NCBI GenBank assembly: GCA_964615205.1
Contig: CAZTQA010000002.1
Span: forward strand, 53,286 to 117,285
DNA: 64,000 nucleotides
Source: an uncultured Candidatus Saccharibacteria bacterium
GTDB lineage: Bacteria > Patescibacteriota > Minisyncoccia > Minisyncoccales > JAGMDC01
Reading direction: 5' to 3'
The notes under the pieces are model-generated. The model searched no databases and was not told the DNA's origin. It saw only the letters and a program-made list of their open reading frames with translations. A program made the position numbers and the translations under genes. Positions 29,165 through 40,000 of this stretch are shown here, in pieces (the first letter of the stretch is position 1; every line of letters starts with the position of its first letter).

Positions 29165-30455
29165 ATAATTTATCTTTGATTTCCTTGCTATGATTATTTG
29201 TTTTCTTTTTTATTTCTTCTAAGTTTTTTCTTAATTTTTGTAAGGCCCTATTTTTTCGCCACCATAATAAAATTATTCCTATAACTAAAAGGATAATCGT
29301 CAAAAGTAATAAGATTACTTCATGCCAATTAAGATAAAGATTTAAAATGTTAAGGCCATTTTTGGAAATATAGAAAAATTTTCCAATAGGTATGACTTCA
29401 ATTTTCTGGATGCTGTCTCGGTAATTGCCAGCCGCATCAAATGCCCTAACTATTATCTCATACTCACCAAATTCCAAAGAAGGCATTTTATAAGGAGCAT
29501 TAACTTCTACAAAAAAGATCTCTTTTTGATCTATTAAATCAATATATCTTAACTCATAATGGTTTATTCCAGAAACAGCATCAGTAGTAATAAATCTAAC
29601 AATCGGCTCTTTAGAAACAGAAGCCGGCGAATGTAAAACTGGATCAAAAGACAGTTCAAAATCAGCTGGAGGAGTAGTGTCAACTTGAACAACATAGCGA
29701 CTAATACCGCCCCAAACCTTTCCTTTTTTGGCTTTTATAGAAAAATACCAAATGCCGTCAGCTAAATCACTAAAAGAAACTGAAGTATAATCGCCTTCTG
29801 CTAAATTATCTGGCTCATTATAATAATTAGTACTGATATCATAACTAAAAGCATTGACCAAATCCTCTTTTTCCCAATTAAAAGTAGGATTATTATTTTT
29901 ATACCATTTATTCTGGTCAGGATGAGTTGAAGAAAATACTTTCGGCCCTTCTGGCGGTGGAATAATAAGAGCATAAACTCCTCTGCCCAGAGAACTTAGA
30001 ATATTGGTCCCCTTACCATTATCTAAGAGAATCTGGGAAGAATCTAAAAAAGAAATTTTTGTTTCCCCAGGAGCAATAGCTCTAAAAGTAATAGTAGAAA
30101 CCAAGCCAGAAGAGGTATTAATTCCTGGCGAGGGAATACCGCCCTGAAAAGAAGCAAACCCCTCAATATTAGAATAATTGGGCTGGCTAATCCAAACCGA
30201 AATAAACGATTTGCCAGTTGTTGGACTGGCAATTTGCAGTTTTTTCGGATCAAATTTAAAATCAACTTTTACAGCATTGATATTGTTGTTGCCAGTATTA
30301 ATAAAAACAGAAACATCAAAAGTACTGCCAATATTAAAAGTGCCTTGGCTGGGTGAAAAATATAAAGAAGCACCGGCTCCCTTTACTGCAAAAGGCAATC
30401 CACTGAATATCAGTAATGAAAGAATGAATATCAATAATAAATTAATTTGTTTCAT
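29154..30455 (-). CDS. Secreted surface protein, paralogue 2 of 4 (cohesin-like N-domain, C-terminal TM anchor)
   Basis: same architecture; 'QILLDNGKGTNILS', 'DGIWYFSIK', 'VDTTPP' and 'AFDAAGN'; overlaps its neighbours. Confidence 0.5.
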   Translation of the reverse strand: MKQINLLLIFILSLLIFSGLPFAVKGAGASLYFSPSQGTFNIGSTFDVSVFINTGNNNINAVKVDFKFDPKKLQIASPTTGKSFISVWISQPNYSNIEGFASFQGGIPSPGINTSSGLVSTITFRAIAPGETKISFLDSSQILLDNGKGTNILSSLGRGVYALIIPPPEGPKVFSSTHPDQNKWYKNNNPTFNWEKEDLVNAFSYDISTNYYNEPDNLAEGDYTSVSFSDLADGIWYFSIKAKKGKVWGGISRYVVQVDTTPPADFELSFDPVLHSPASVSKEPIVRFITTDAVSGINHYELRYIDLIDQKEIFFVEVNAPYKMPSLEFGEYEIIVRAFDAAGNYRDSIQKIEVIPIGKFFYISKNGLNILNLYLNWHEVILLLLTIILLVIGIILLWWRKNRALQKLRKNLEEIKKKTNNHSKEIKDKLYEK

Positions 30456-31639
30456 TTCTTAAGAATTCTCCACATTATTATTATTGGAGTTAGAAACATT
30501 ATTGAAACTACTAAAACGATCAGCCACCAGGAAAAAAGCTTTCCTTTTATCTCCAATCCTTTGTTCTCAATATGGGAAACCAATGGTGTCATCAGTCTAA
30601 AACGGGCTTCAGCTTCTCTGTTATTGCCGGCTTTATCAACTGCTTTTATTATAACATTGTATTTTCCAGCTTTGATAAAAGGTACTTTGTAGGGACTAAT
30701 TTGCTCTGAAAAAAAGGAAGGAAATGTTTCTGGATTACTTAAATCGCTGATACCTACTTCATAATGGTCAACGCCAGAAGCATCATCTTTTGCTTCAAAA
30801 TAGACCATAGTTTGGTAACCAACCAAACGTGAGTAGGTTTCTACTTTAGGACTGAATTCATGGGGTGGCGTTGTATCTATCCTCACAGCCACAGTAGAAG
30901 TTTGACCCCAGACATCGTCTTTTTTCTGGCGGATGTGAAAATACCAAATACCATCTTTGGTACTGGGAAAGGAAATCATGGTTGTTTCTCCCTCGCTCGT
31001 GCCATCTGGCCGGTTGTTAGGATTCTGGTCAAAAATCCATGAAAAATCAGTTGCTCCTTTTTCTTTTTCCCAACTGAAACTTGGACTGGAATCGGTATAC
31101 CAGACGTTAGGATTGGCATGGGTCGGAGAAAAAACTTGAGGACCTTCTGATGCCGGAATTAAAATTTGATACTCGCCATTAATTTTATTAGTCAAAATAT
31201 CAGTTCCTTTGCCATCATTCAAAAGAACCTTGGATCCGTCTTTGAATTTTATCTTCGCTGTTCCTGAAGCAACAGCCCGAAAAGTAATTGCAGAAACCAA
31301 GCCAGCTGAAGTAGTAATGCCTTCCCTCACACCTCCCTGAAAATTGACAATGCCTATTTCGTTGGAATAATTAGGCGGTATAGTCCACTGGGAAACAAAA
31401 GAATCGCCAGTGGTTGGAGAAGTAATTTGCAAAATCTCTGCTGGAAATTCCAGTTCAGCCCAAATCACATTAATATCATTGCCTTCGGTATTTAAAAAAA
31501 TAGAAACCGTAAAAGCACTTCCTACCAAAAAACTACCCGAAGAAGGAGAAAGATAAAGAGAAGAACTTGCACCTTGTGCAATAGTTATTAAGCCAAGACT
31601 AAAGATTATAATAAAAAATATTAAAAATGATTTATTCAT
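30452..31639 (-). CDS. Secreted surface protein, paralogue 3 of 4 (cohesin-like N-domain, C-terminal TM anchor)
   Basis: 'KVLLNDGKGTDILT', 'DGIWYFHIR', 'IDTTPP' and 'AVDKAGN'. Confidence 0.5.
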   Translation of the reverse strand: MNKSFLIFFIIIFSLGLITIAQGASSSLYLSPSSGSFLVGSAFTVSIFLNTEGNDINVIWAELEFPAEILQITSPTTGDSFVSQWTIPPNYSNEIGIVNFQGGVREGITTSAGLVSAITFRAVASGTAKIKFKDGSKVLLNDGKGTDILTNKINGEYQILIPASEGPQVFSPTHANPNVWYTDSSPSFSWEKEKGATDFSWIFDQNPNNRPDGTSEGETTMISFPSTKDGIWYFHIRQKKDDVWGQTSTVAVRIDTTPPHEFSPKVETYSRLVGYQTMVYFEAKDDASGVDHYEVGISDLSNPETFPSFFSEQISPYKVPFIKAGKYNVIIKAVDKAGNNREAEARFRLMTPLVSHIENKGLEIKGKLFSWWLIVLVVSIMFLTPIIIMWRILKK

Positions 31640-32771
31640 TTTTAGAAATTAGAAATTTTTTAAAAATCCAAAAAACCACTAACAAAATGATAATGATTAA
31701 TATAAACAAATAGATAACTTCTGTCTTTTTCTCTGGAATATATTCTGCTATTCTTTCATTGCCTGCCTGGTCAACTGCTTTGACAACAATCTTCGTTTTT
31801 AAATCCTGGTCTTCTAATAAATAGGGACTGGTAATTTTTTTAAAATCCTTATTGCCTTCTTTAATTTCATAATAATCTATTCCTGAAGTTTTATCGGTGG
31901 TGCTAAAACTTAAAAAATACTTTCCTTCAAATATGGCTGGTTCCTGACCAATCTCCAAATTAAATTCTTGAGGCAAAGTATTGTCTATCATTGCCCGATG
32001 AGAAACAGCTTCTGACCAATCTTTGTCCGAAAACTTCTGTTTTAATGTAAAATAATAGATGCCGTCTTCAAGATCCGCGTATTTCATATCACCCACCCAA
32101 AATGATTCATCTCCTTCTGGTTTGTCGGGAATTTCATCTGGCTGGGCTAAAGGATCACGGCTCAAAAGATAGCTGTATTCAGCTTCTTCATTTAAATCCC
32201 AGTGGAGACGAAGAACATTAAACTTTGACCACTCATATTGACTAGGATGAGTATTAGAATATATTTCAACTAAATCTTCTGGTTTTTCAATAATCTCATA
32301 ATCACTCTCAAGAAAATGTAAAGAAGAAACTGTACCTTTACCATCATTTAATAAAACTTGAGAACTATCTTCAAAATCAATTTTAGTTTGAGAAACCTGC
32401 TTAGATTTAAAAACAATTCTGCCAACTAACCCCTGACCATTAAATCCATTAGGCACGCCGGCAATAAAGGATATTTGATTTTTGGAAATACTCGGCTCTT
32501 TAGCCCAGAGGGTTAAGAAAGAACCGCCTTTATTAAATTCAATAAACTCTAACAATTCATCAGGGTAATTTAAATCTATGCCTACGGTATTGATTTCTTC
32601 ATTTTCGGTATCCAGCATCAACTCAAGAATAAAAGAATCATTCTCGTAAACAGTCTGCCCCTGTGGCAGGAAATAAAGAGTAGAAGCTAAAGCTATATCA
32701 GCAATAATAAACAAGAGACAAGTGACAAGGGATAAGTAACAAGTTTTTGATTTTAAACTGTGACTTTTCAT
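31632..32771 (-). CDS. Secreted surface protein, paralogue 4 of 4 (cohesin-like N-domain, C-terminal TM anchor)
   Basis: 'QVLLNDGKGTVSSL', 'DGIYYFTLK', 'IDNTLP' and 'AVDQAGN'. Confidence 0.5.
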   Translation of the reverse strand: MKSHSLKSKTCYLSLVTCLLFIIADIALASTLYFLPQGQTVYENDSFILELMLDTENEEINTVGIDLNYPDELLEFIEFNKGGSFLTLWAKEPSISKNQISFIAGVPNGFNGQGLVGRIVFKSKQVSQTKIDFEDSSQVLLNDGKGTVSSLHFLESDYEIIEKPEDLVEIYSNTHPSQYEWSKFNVLRLHWDLNEEAEYSYLLSRDPLAQPDEIPDKPEGDESFWVGDMKYADLEDGIYYFTLKQKFSDKDWSEAVSHRAMIDNTLPQEFNLEIGQEPAIFEGKYFLSFSTTDKTSGIDYYEIKEGNKDFKKITSPYLLEDQDLKTKIVVKAVDQAGNERIAEYIPEKKTEVIYLFILIIIILLVVFWIFKKFLISKNE

Positions 32772-32808
32772 TTTTGATTTTTGATTATTTTAGTGTAGGT
32801 TGACTACG

Positions 32809-33753
32809 TCAACCTGTCCAAAAGTACATCATAATGCTAAAGTCTGTCAAATTAACTATACCATCTTTATTTTGGTCAGCACAGGTATTGGATTTTCCCC
32901 ACCAATAAAGCAAAATGCTGAAATCAACCATATTGACTTTGTTGTCATGATTAAGATCAACTCCTGAACAAGGATGGGCTTCCATATAAAAACTTAATTC
33001 ATTGGAAAATTCACTCACCAAACCTTGAGGAGAAACAACTTTGGCTTTAACTGAATAATTACCTTCTTTGCTTAAAACACTTGAATCAAAAGAATAAAGC
33101 CATTTTCCTTTCTCGTCGGCTTGAACGGTTTTAGAAATATTGGCTAAGGAATTAATAAAAACAGTCATTTCAGATTCGGACGCGCTATAACCAAAGATAT
33201 CCAAATCTCCCCCCTGGTAAATATTATTTGCGTTTAGTTCAATAGTGGGCGGGAAAAATATGTTTGAGAAAGTAGTTGTAGTATCTCTATTGAGAGAAAT
33301 AGTAAAATTTAAAGTGGGTGATTTTCTATTTTCTTCATCTTCTGCATATAAACCAAACTGCCAAACGCCTACCGGAATTCCAGTTAATTTCAAAGAAAAA
33401 TTTCCTGAAGAGTCAGCTAATCCAGTTTTAGCCACCACATTGTTTCTCATAACAGCAATAAAAGCATTGGGGTAAGCTGCTCCTTTGAACACAACATTGG
33501 CATAATAGGTTATTGTTCCGCTAACGCTCCCGCCTCCAGAAGGCGGAGGCGTTGGTGCGCCGCCCTCAACAGTAGCTGAAACACTCATCCCGCTTTCAAC
33601 TGGCTGGGCTTGAATTTTTTGACTAAAAACAAAAATAGTAAAGAAAACTAAAAATAATAAAAAAACGGTTCTTATGGATAAAAAAAACCGCCAAAAGGAA
33701 AAACTTTTTTTATAATTCAAAAAATTGTTTGTTTTTTTGTTTAAAGGAAACAT
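32809..33753 (-). CDS. Secreted dockerin-containing protein (carboxypeptidase-regulatory-like beta-sandwich domains plus a C-terminal type-I dockerin)
   Basis: signal anchor; two canonical Ca-binding dockerin repeats 'DLNHDNKVNMVDFSILL' and 'DQNKDGIVNLTDFSIMM'. Confidence 0.7.
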   Translation of the reverse strand: MFPLNKKTNNFLNYKKSFSFWRFFLSIRTVFLLFLVFFTIFVFSQKIQAQPVESGMSVSATVEGGAPTPPPSGGGSVSGTITYYANVVFKGAAYPNAFIAVMRNNVVAKTGLADSSGNFSLKLTGIPVGVWQFGLYAEDEENRKSPTLNFTISLNRDTTTTFSNIFFPPTIELNANNIYQGGDLDIFGYSASESEMTVFINSLANISKTVQADEKGKWLYSFDSSVLSKEGNYSVKAKVVSPQGLVSEFSNELSFYMEAHPCSGVDLNHDNKVNMVDFSILLYWWGKSNTCADQNKDGIVNLTDFSIMMYFWTG

Positions 33754-33761
33754 TCATTATT

Positions 33762-34724
33762 TTAAACAGATGTCTTTTCTCCCTTCACCAATACCTTCAC
33801 AGCCAGTTTCCATCTCTTTCTGGTTTTAAAGAAAAAGATAAAAATAAGCGCTAAGCCAACAACAATTCCCAAGATTATCTTCCAGGGCAAAACCCAGAAA
33901 GTGATAACGCGAGAATCTATATTCTGGTTGGACACCCCGTAGACCCCGAAGATAGTGGCTGTATATTTCCCAAACAGCCATTTAGTGTCCCATTCTGCCT
34001 TAATCTTTCTGACAGCTCCCGGCATAACATTTTCCTGCGGAAATTCCAGTTCTTTAACATTATTGTTAAACCAGTTAGCAATCACTATATATCCTTTTGG
34101 CTTGACATGAACAGTTCCCTTGTTTTCAAATCTTATTTCAAAGGCCACGGGCCCGTACTCTTGGAAGGAAGATGTTGAAAAATCTTTCACGCTAAGTTTC
34201 TCTTTTAAATCCCCTGCCACCATTAATAGAACAAGACTTCCTGTTTTTGTTGAAATGACAGCTCCGGTTCCATCTTCCTGCATAGAACCGGTTATTCCTA
34301 CTAAAACAGAACCGTATTTTCCGCCTGGCTCTGCATTTTGAGGTACTTCTATTATGAAATTAACTGTTTGGTCTCCTTTCCCTTCTAAGGTAAACTCTTC
34401 TGGTGTTATGGTTATCCATTTGCGGAGAGAATAGGTTGTGTCTTCTTCCTGTTCAGAGGTGGTGACTACCCGCCCCTCTTCTCCTATGGCCACAAAGTTT
34501 TCTGCCTCCATTTTTATAGAAATAGCCGCGTCTGAAAAATTAGACACTTTTAGTGTATTGGCAATTATATCTCCTGGATTGGCTGTAAGTTCAAAAGTCA
34601 AAGGAGAAACTGTAACGCCCGGCCCCTGGGCATTAACCTGAAAAGCTAAAACCAATCCTATAAGACCTACACTTATTAAAATTAATGATTTTTCCCAATT
34701 CATTTTAATGGGTTTTCTTAGCAA
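33762..34724 (-). CDS. Cell-surface beta-sandwich protein with C-terminal TM anchor (DUF916/CscA-like topology), paralogue B
   Basis: signal peptide; C-terminal 'WVLPWKIILGIVVGLALIFIFFFKTRKR'; paralogous to the 35994..37070 protein. Confidence 0.45.
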   Translation of the reverse strand: MLRKPIKMNWEKSLILISVGLIGLVLAFQVNAQGPGVTVSPLTFELTANPGDIIANTLKVSNFSDAAISIKMEAENFVAIGEEGRVVTTSEQEEDTTYSLRKWITITPEEFTLEGKGDQTVNFIIEVPQNAEPGGKYGSVLVGITGSMQEDGTGAVISTKTGSLVLLMVAGDLKEKLSVKDFSTSSFQEYGPVAFEIRFENKGTVHVKPKGYIVIANWFNNNVKELEFPQENVMPGAVRKIKAEWDTKWLFGKYTATIFGVYGVSNQNIDSRVITFWVLPWKIILGIVVGLALIFIFFFKTRKRWKLAVKVLVKGEKTSV

Positions 34725-34804
34725 AAAACTGACCTAAAGTCAACCCTTAATCCTCCACTAAAGTAAAGAATCAAGGGTTAAGCTTTAAAATTTAAAAGAA
34801 TGAC

Positions 34805-35953
34805 TTAATAGGTCGGCGTAGCAATAAAAACAAGGGTATCAGTATAAGTTCCAGCTGGAGTAGTTGCGGCAATGGCTGCATACAAAGCCACCTCAACAAT
34901 ACCGCTGCTGACAACCCCGGATGCAGAAGCAATTTCCTGGTTGCTGGTGCTTATTATCCCAGTAGCAGTCTCATCTGCGAACGTATTTTCAGTTAAAGTA
35001 GTTCCACTGGAAGTATATAAAGCATATCCCTCTGTTCCATCCGCAATATCATTTGCATTGTCAGCTTCAATTAACTCCGTTGTACTAGAACAGTATAATC
35101 CTGCATTTGTTGTACCGTCACCCGTGCTCCTAGCCGTAACTGAAACTCCACCACCACCATTTGATGAAACAGTAAGCTGGAAAGGAGAAGAATTAGAACT
35201 AGTATCACCAGCTGCATTTTTAGTAGCCCAGGTATCATCTGTAGCTCCACCTGTCCAGGTTCCAAAACCAACAGCGTAATCGTCACATGAGAAAGTCAGA
35301 TATTCCTCAACGGTTCCAGTAACTCCTACCCCGGCAAGCATGGCAACCCGAGCTGCTCCAGATTCATCTGATGTTGTTACAGTAACAGAACAAACATTAC
35401 TGTCGTCTCCTGTACCGCAAGTGGCTGTTGCCGGGTTTGTGATATGGGCTGTTCCTCCTGCTACCGAACCAATCTCTATAGTAATCGGTTCCTCATCAGC
35501 AATAGTTGTTCCAGTACAAAGAGTAAAAGTAATCGTGCTTGTTCCTATTCCAGTAACACCCAGTTCATCATCAACACAAGCGCCTTCGTCAAGAGTATAA
35601 TCATCTGAATCATCAGCAATGTCTATATCTGCAAAAACCACGCTAGCAACATTAAAATCGGCTTCAAAGGCAACTTGTATGGTATCACTGTCTGTTAAAG
35701 CACCAGCTTTAATAGTGAAAGCAATCGTGTGATCTGAAGCAGTGCCAAACCGCGAATCTGATAATGTGTCTTTGACGCTGGCTAAAGTGGCTTCTGCGTT
35801 TTCAGTAATTAATAAAAACGAGAACACCAAAGTACCCATGCAAACAAGCGCAATAATTTTTTTACTTAATTTTTTTACCTTTTCTGGCATTTTTTTAGAA
35901 AAATTTAATCTTGCCTGCCGACCTTTTAATTTTAAACAGGCACATAAACACAA
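34805..35953 (-). CDS. Thr/Gly/Asp-rich secreted surface protein with conserved C-terminal motif '..TYTDTLVFIATPTY'
   Basis: signal peptide (the likely real start is Met22, near 35890); T/G/S/D-rich beta composition; C-terminus shared with the 1240-aa giant. Confidence 0.45.
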   Translation of the reverse strand: MCLCACLKLKGRQARLNFSKKMPEKVKKLSKKIIALVCMGTLVFSFLLITENAEATLASVKDTLSDSRFGTASDHTIAFTIKAGALTDSDTIQVAFEADFNVASVVFADIDIADDSDDYTLDEGACVDDELGVTGIGTSTITFTLCTGTTIADEEPITIEIGSVAGGTAHITNPATATCGTGDDSNVCSVTVTTSDESGAARVAMLAGVGVTGTVEEYLTFSCDDYAVGFGTWTGGATDDTWATKNAAGDTSSNSSPFQLTVSSNGGGGVSVTARSTGDGTTNAGLYCSSTTELIEADNANDIADGTEGYALYTSSGTTLTENTFADETATGIISTSNQEIASASGVVSSGIVEVALYAAIAATTPAGTYTDTLVFIATPTY

Positions 35954-35993
35954 TCATTAGATTATATCATAAAAGAAAAGATAAAAGAAAGTG

Positions 35994-37070
35994 TCAATCT
36001 GTGGAAAACTTTTTTCTTGTTAAAATGACTTTCGCGGCTGCTCTAATTCTTTTCCTCATTAAGATCAAAATGACAAGGACAAAAAGAATTATTAGGAAAA
36101 TTTTCCATGGGAAAATCCAAAAGCTGATATACTTGTCTATCTGGTTATTTCCAAAATTCATTATTAAATGGGCTTGAAATTTGCCCCAAAGTAAATTTCT
36201 AGAAATAAAATTAGAAATAGTTTCTGGCAGATATTTAGCAATTTTTTCTGAAAGCGAAGCTTTGAATTCAACCGGAAATCTGCGGATTTTGCCAGGCATA
36301 ATAGTGGTTTCAGCCACAATTGTTTCCCCTACTGTTCTGCCAGTCCAGGAAGTAATAACTAATTTGCCTTCTGGCTTGATATGGAAAAGGTCATTATTTT
36401 GAATACGCAAAGTAAAAGGCAGTTCGCTGGCACTGACAATAAAAAAAGGTTTTTCTTCCTTGGCTAAAGCTTTGGCAAACAGGCCGCTGGCGCTGGCTAA
36501 AGCATTTTCTAATTTCTGAAGATGGAAGTTTTCAGGAATATTAAACTCAACCACAGTTAAGGGTTCTGATGATCTTTGTTTGTCTTTCATATCAACGGAA
36601 AGCAGAAATAAAACACCAATTTCAGGAACAGCTTTAACTGTTTTATTTTCAAAGTAATAAGAAGGCAGTTTGGGTCCAAATAAGATAGTAACATAATATC
36701 CTCCAGCATTTACTTCTTGAGGGATATTGATTTCAAACTTAACTTTTTCTGACTGGTGGGGCTCTAAAATAAAATAAGGGTTTTCAATTTCAAACCAATC
36801 CCGCGGATTAACAGCTGTTTCCTCTGGAAAATCTATAGCTCCTTCCTCGCCCACTGCTTCAAAGTTAATTGTTTTGGCTTCAAAGGGTATGCTTAGATCG
36901 CTTTTATTTAACAAATAAATCCTGTCCTGATAATTCTGGCCTTTTTCCAACTCCAACTCAAAAATCGGCGGAGAGACAAAGATGTTTATTCCCTCATTAG
37001 CATGACATATTCCGTTAATGGATATTAACACCAAACTAACTAAAATTATTTTTAATATTGTGCTGTGCAT
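35994..37070 (-). CDS. Cell-surface beta-sandwich protein with C-terminal TM anchor (DUF916/CscA-like topology), paralogue A
   Basis: signal peptide; C-terminal 'FWIFPWKIFLIILFVLVILILMRKR'; 19-bp overlap with the upstream giant gene. Confidence 0.45.
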   Translation of the reverse strand: MHSTILKIILVSLVLISINGICHANEGINIFVSPPIFELELEKGQNYQDRIYLLNKSDLSIPFEAKTINFEAVGEEGAIDFPEETAVNPRDWFEIENPYFILEPHQSEKVKFEINIPQEVNAGGYYVTILFGPKLPSYYFENKTVKAVPEIGVLFLLSVDMKDKQRSSEPLTVVEFNIPENFHLQKLENALASASGLFAKALAKEEKPFFIVSASELPFTLRIQNNDLFHIKPEGKLVITSWTGRTVGETIVAETTIMPGKIRRFPVEFKASLSEKIAKYLPETISNFISRNLLWGKFQAHLIMNFGNNQIDKYISFWIFPWKIFLIILFVLVILILMRKRIRAAAKVILTRKKFSTD

Positions 37071-40000
37071 ATGAATATAAGCGTGGTTGAATAATCACCG
37101 GCTAATTGGGTGGTTGGAACCGAGGATTTAACAGTCATGCGGTAAGTGCCACCAGTATCTGCTTGGGAAACCGGCTGGCTGTAATCGCTAATAACATTGC
37201 CGGGGCTAGTAGAAGGAAACTTAGCATAGTTGCTGCCTGAATTGTAGCGGTCGGAACCTTCAACTAAAGGATCATTAGAAGTATAGCCAAATCCGCAATA
37301 GCTGCTGTTGTCTTTGCAATAGCCGCTCCATTCTAACGGAGAACTGTAAGTGCCAGAGAAATCATCTATATATATAGTAGAGGGAAAATCAACATGACGG
37401 AAAACATTAGGCGTATAAGCGCTTGAAGCCCAACTGGTTACCATGTAGCCATGGCTGGCACTGGTAGTCACCTTTAAATCAAGCCAGTCAGTACTGGTAA
37501 AGTTAGGCGATTCTAAAGTGCCGATTTCAAGTGTTGGCGGATCATCTGTATCGCTGTCAACAATCTCAAAATCCAGGCCTGGCCGCAGACCGCAATAGAA
37601 AGTGCCATAAGTTGGCGGATCATCTATGGATGGTTCAGTATTATTAGCATCAATATCTTCCCTGCGCCAGTCATAACTACCGCTGTCGCCAATAATATTA
37701 TCATGACCTCCTCCAGAATAATAATTGGAAATAACATACTTGTTATCGCCTGCCCACTCGTAATAATCATATTCTCCATAACTGGTCTGCCATTTCACAT
37801 ATAAATTATAGTAATAGAAGGTATAACCAGAAGAAGTTCTGGAATATTCCCTAATCCTAATAGCGCCATTATTGTTTGGCTGGGGAATCTTGCCATTGCT
37901 GTCAGTGCCAGTTTCCTGATAAGTTGAGGCACTGCCCCAGGAACCACTGCTATATTTCCAAACAGTTGGTTGGGGCGTGCCAGAGTTTTCAGAAATGACC
38001 ACATCAGTATCACCTGTATCAATATTAGCCAAAGTCCCAGCATCAACCAAATGCGCACCAACATACCAATCACTATTCAATGTCGCCCCAGCAGCCGGCG
38101 CAGCTGGCTCACTACTGCTATCTAAAACCGTATTCAAGGCAGTGACTGTGCCGGAATTGACTTTCATGTAATCTACCTTGGCTTCCTGGATAATTAATTC
38201 TGAACCAGTGTCATTGTTGAAATTCCAGGAACCAGAAGCTGGCGCGTAAGTGACAGTGGTCTTGTCGTTTAAAGCGCTCTCCCCGCCTTTAATTTCCAAA
38301 TTCTCTCCAGAACCAACTGTCACTGTAGCATTTTCTTGGATAGTCACTTGGCATTGCCGAGTAACTCCAGCACCATCAAAATCCTTGGCATATGACCAGT
38401 AATCAGTTGCACTGTCTGGCACAGCATAAGCGCCCCAAATAGATAAGTAGCCGTCATTAGCTGCGTGGTCCATTGAATACAAACTACCAGAAATATTATA
38501 GGTGGAAGCTGAAGAATCCCACATCCTGATATATTGGCCAGCGCTAACATTGATTGTTCCGTAAACATCACCGCCAATGTTTTTGATGTCATTAATGCAG
38601 TAGCTGCCTGAACCATCTAAGACTAAAATAGAACTGGTCCAGGTAGTTGATAAGCCACCAACATTGTTCTTGAATTGGCCTTGCACAGTAATTGTCCTGT
38701 CAGTAGCGTCAAAGCTGTTCAAGCTGGTCAAAGTAAAGTTATTGGTAGCCTTCAATTCATTGGTAGAGATCGTCCAACCTCCGCCAGAATTGTTAAAAAC
38801 AATATTGTAAAAAGTTTTGCCAGCAGCAGTGCCGTCAGTAACAATGGTTTCGCCGGTATTTGCTGAATCAAAGGTAACTGTGCCTTCTTGACTAGTGAAT
38901 GTGCCTGAATTAGACCAGGAACCTCCAACATTAATAGCATAATAACTGCCTGAAACATCTAATGTAGAATTAGCATTAGCAATAGTCAAATCATTTTCCA
39001 CATCAATAGCTCCGCTTAAGGTAACTGTATTGGCGCTGCTCTTGGCTACTTGCAAGTCATAGAAGTCATGATTTTCATCAGTGCCTCCTGGAGACAAAGC
39101 GCTGGCAGTTGTTTCATCAAAGACAACAGTAGTAGGATAAGTTTCTGATTCCTGGGCAGTAAAAGTAGCTCCTCCTGCTACTGTCCAGTCAGTGCCCAAA
39201 TTAATAATTGTGCCATTGCCAGGTTCATTAGCACCGCCAGATTCAGTGCAATCCAAAGTGCCATTAACTGTCACAAAAGTACCAATATTCAAATCCCAGC
39301 CATGAGTTTCAAATTTATCACCACTGGCTACTGTTAAACTGTCAGCTGTCATATCGCTCTTTAATTTGGTCACAGCTGGTGAATTTCCTATTTGTACTGT
39401 CCCCATATTCTCTTTAGTGCCATTTGAATCAGTAAAATAACGAGGATAAGTATCATCACCGCCGTCAAAGATTAGAGTGCCTGAACCTTTGGTGTAATCG
39501 CCACCGCTTTCAATGGTTAAATCTCCATAAACAGTTAAGCTATTGGTACTGCCAACGAAACTAGCAGCGTTCTTAATCAAGAAAGTGCTGGTGGCTGATA
39601 AAGTAGAATTGCCAAATGCCAGAACAGGATTATTAGTATCTGCTTTCAAAGTAACTGCATTAGTTCCATCACCAATTGTCACATTGTTATTAGCTACAAT
39701 GTTACCTAGAATTGTATAATTCGGCGTGCCGCTGGTTGGACTGAATTCCAAATTATAATAAGTGGTGCTGGTAATATTAGTAGCTGATGTACCAGTATAT
39801 TTAATTGTAGAATTGTTGTAAGTGAAAGTGCCATTCTTCACAAATGGCGTTGTTGACCCAGTCAAAGTAATGGTTTTATTAGACCCGTCAAAGATATGGT
39901 TATTAGTACTGCCAGCAATAGTTAAAACATTATTAACTGTAAAATCACTAGCAGCAGTAGTTGTGCCAGTTTCAGTGTTGTCGCCTAAAGAAAGATTGTA

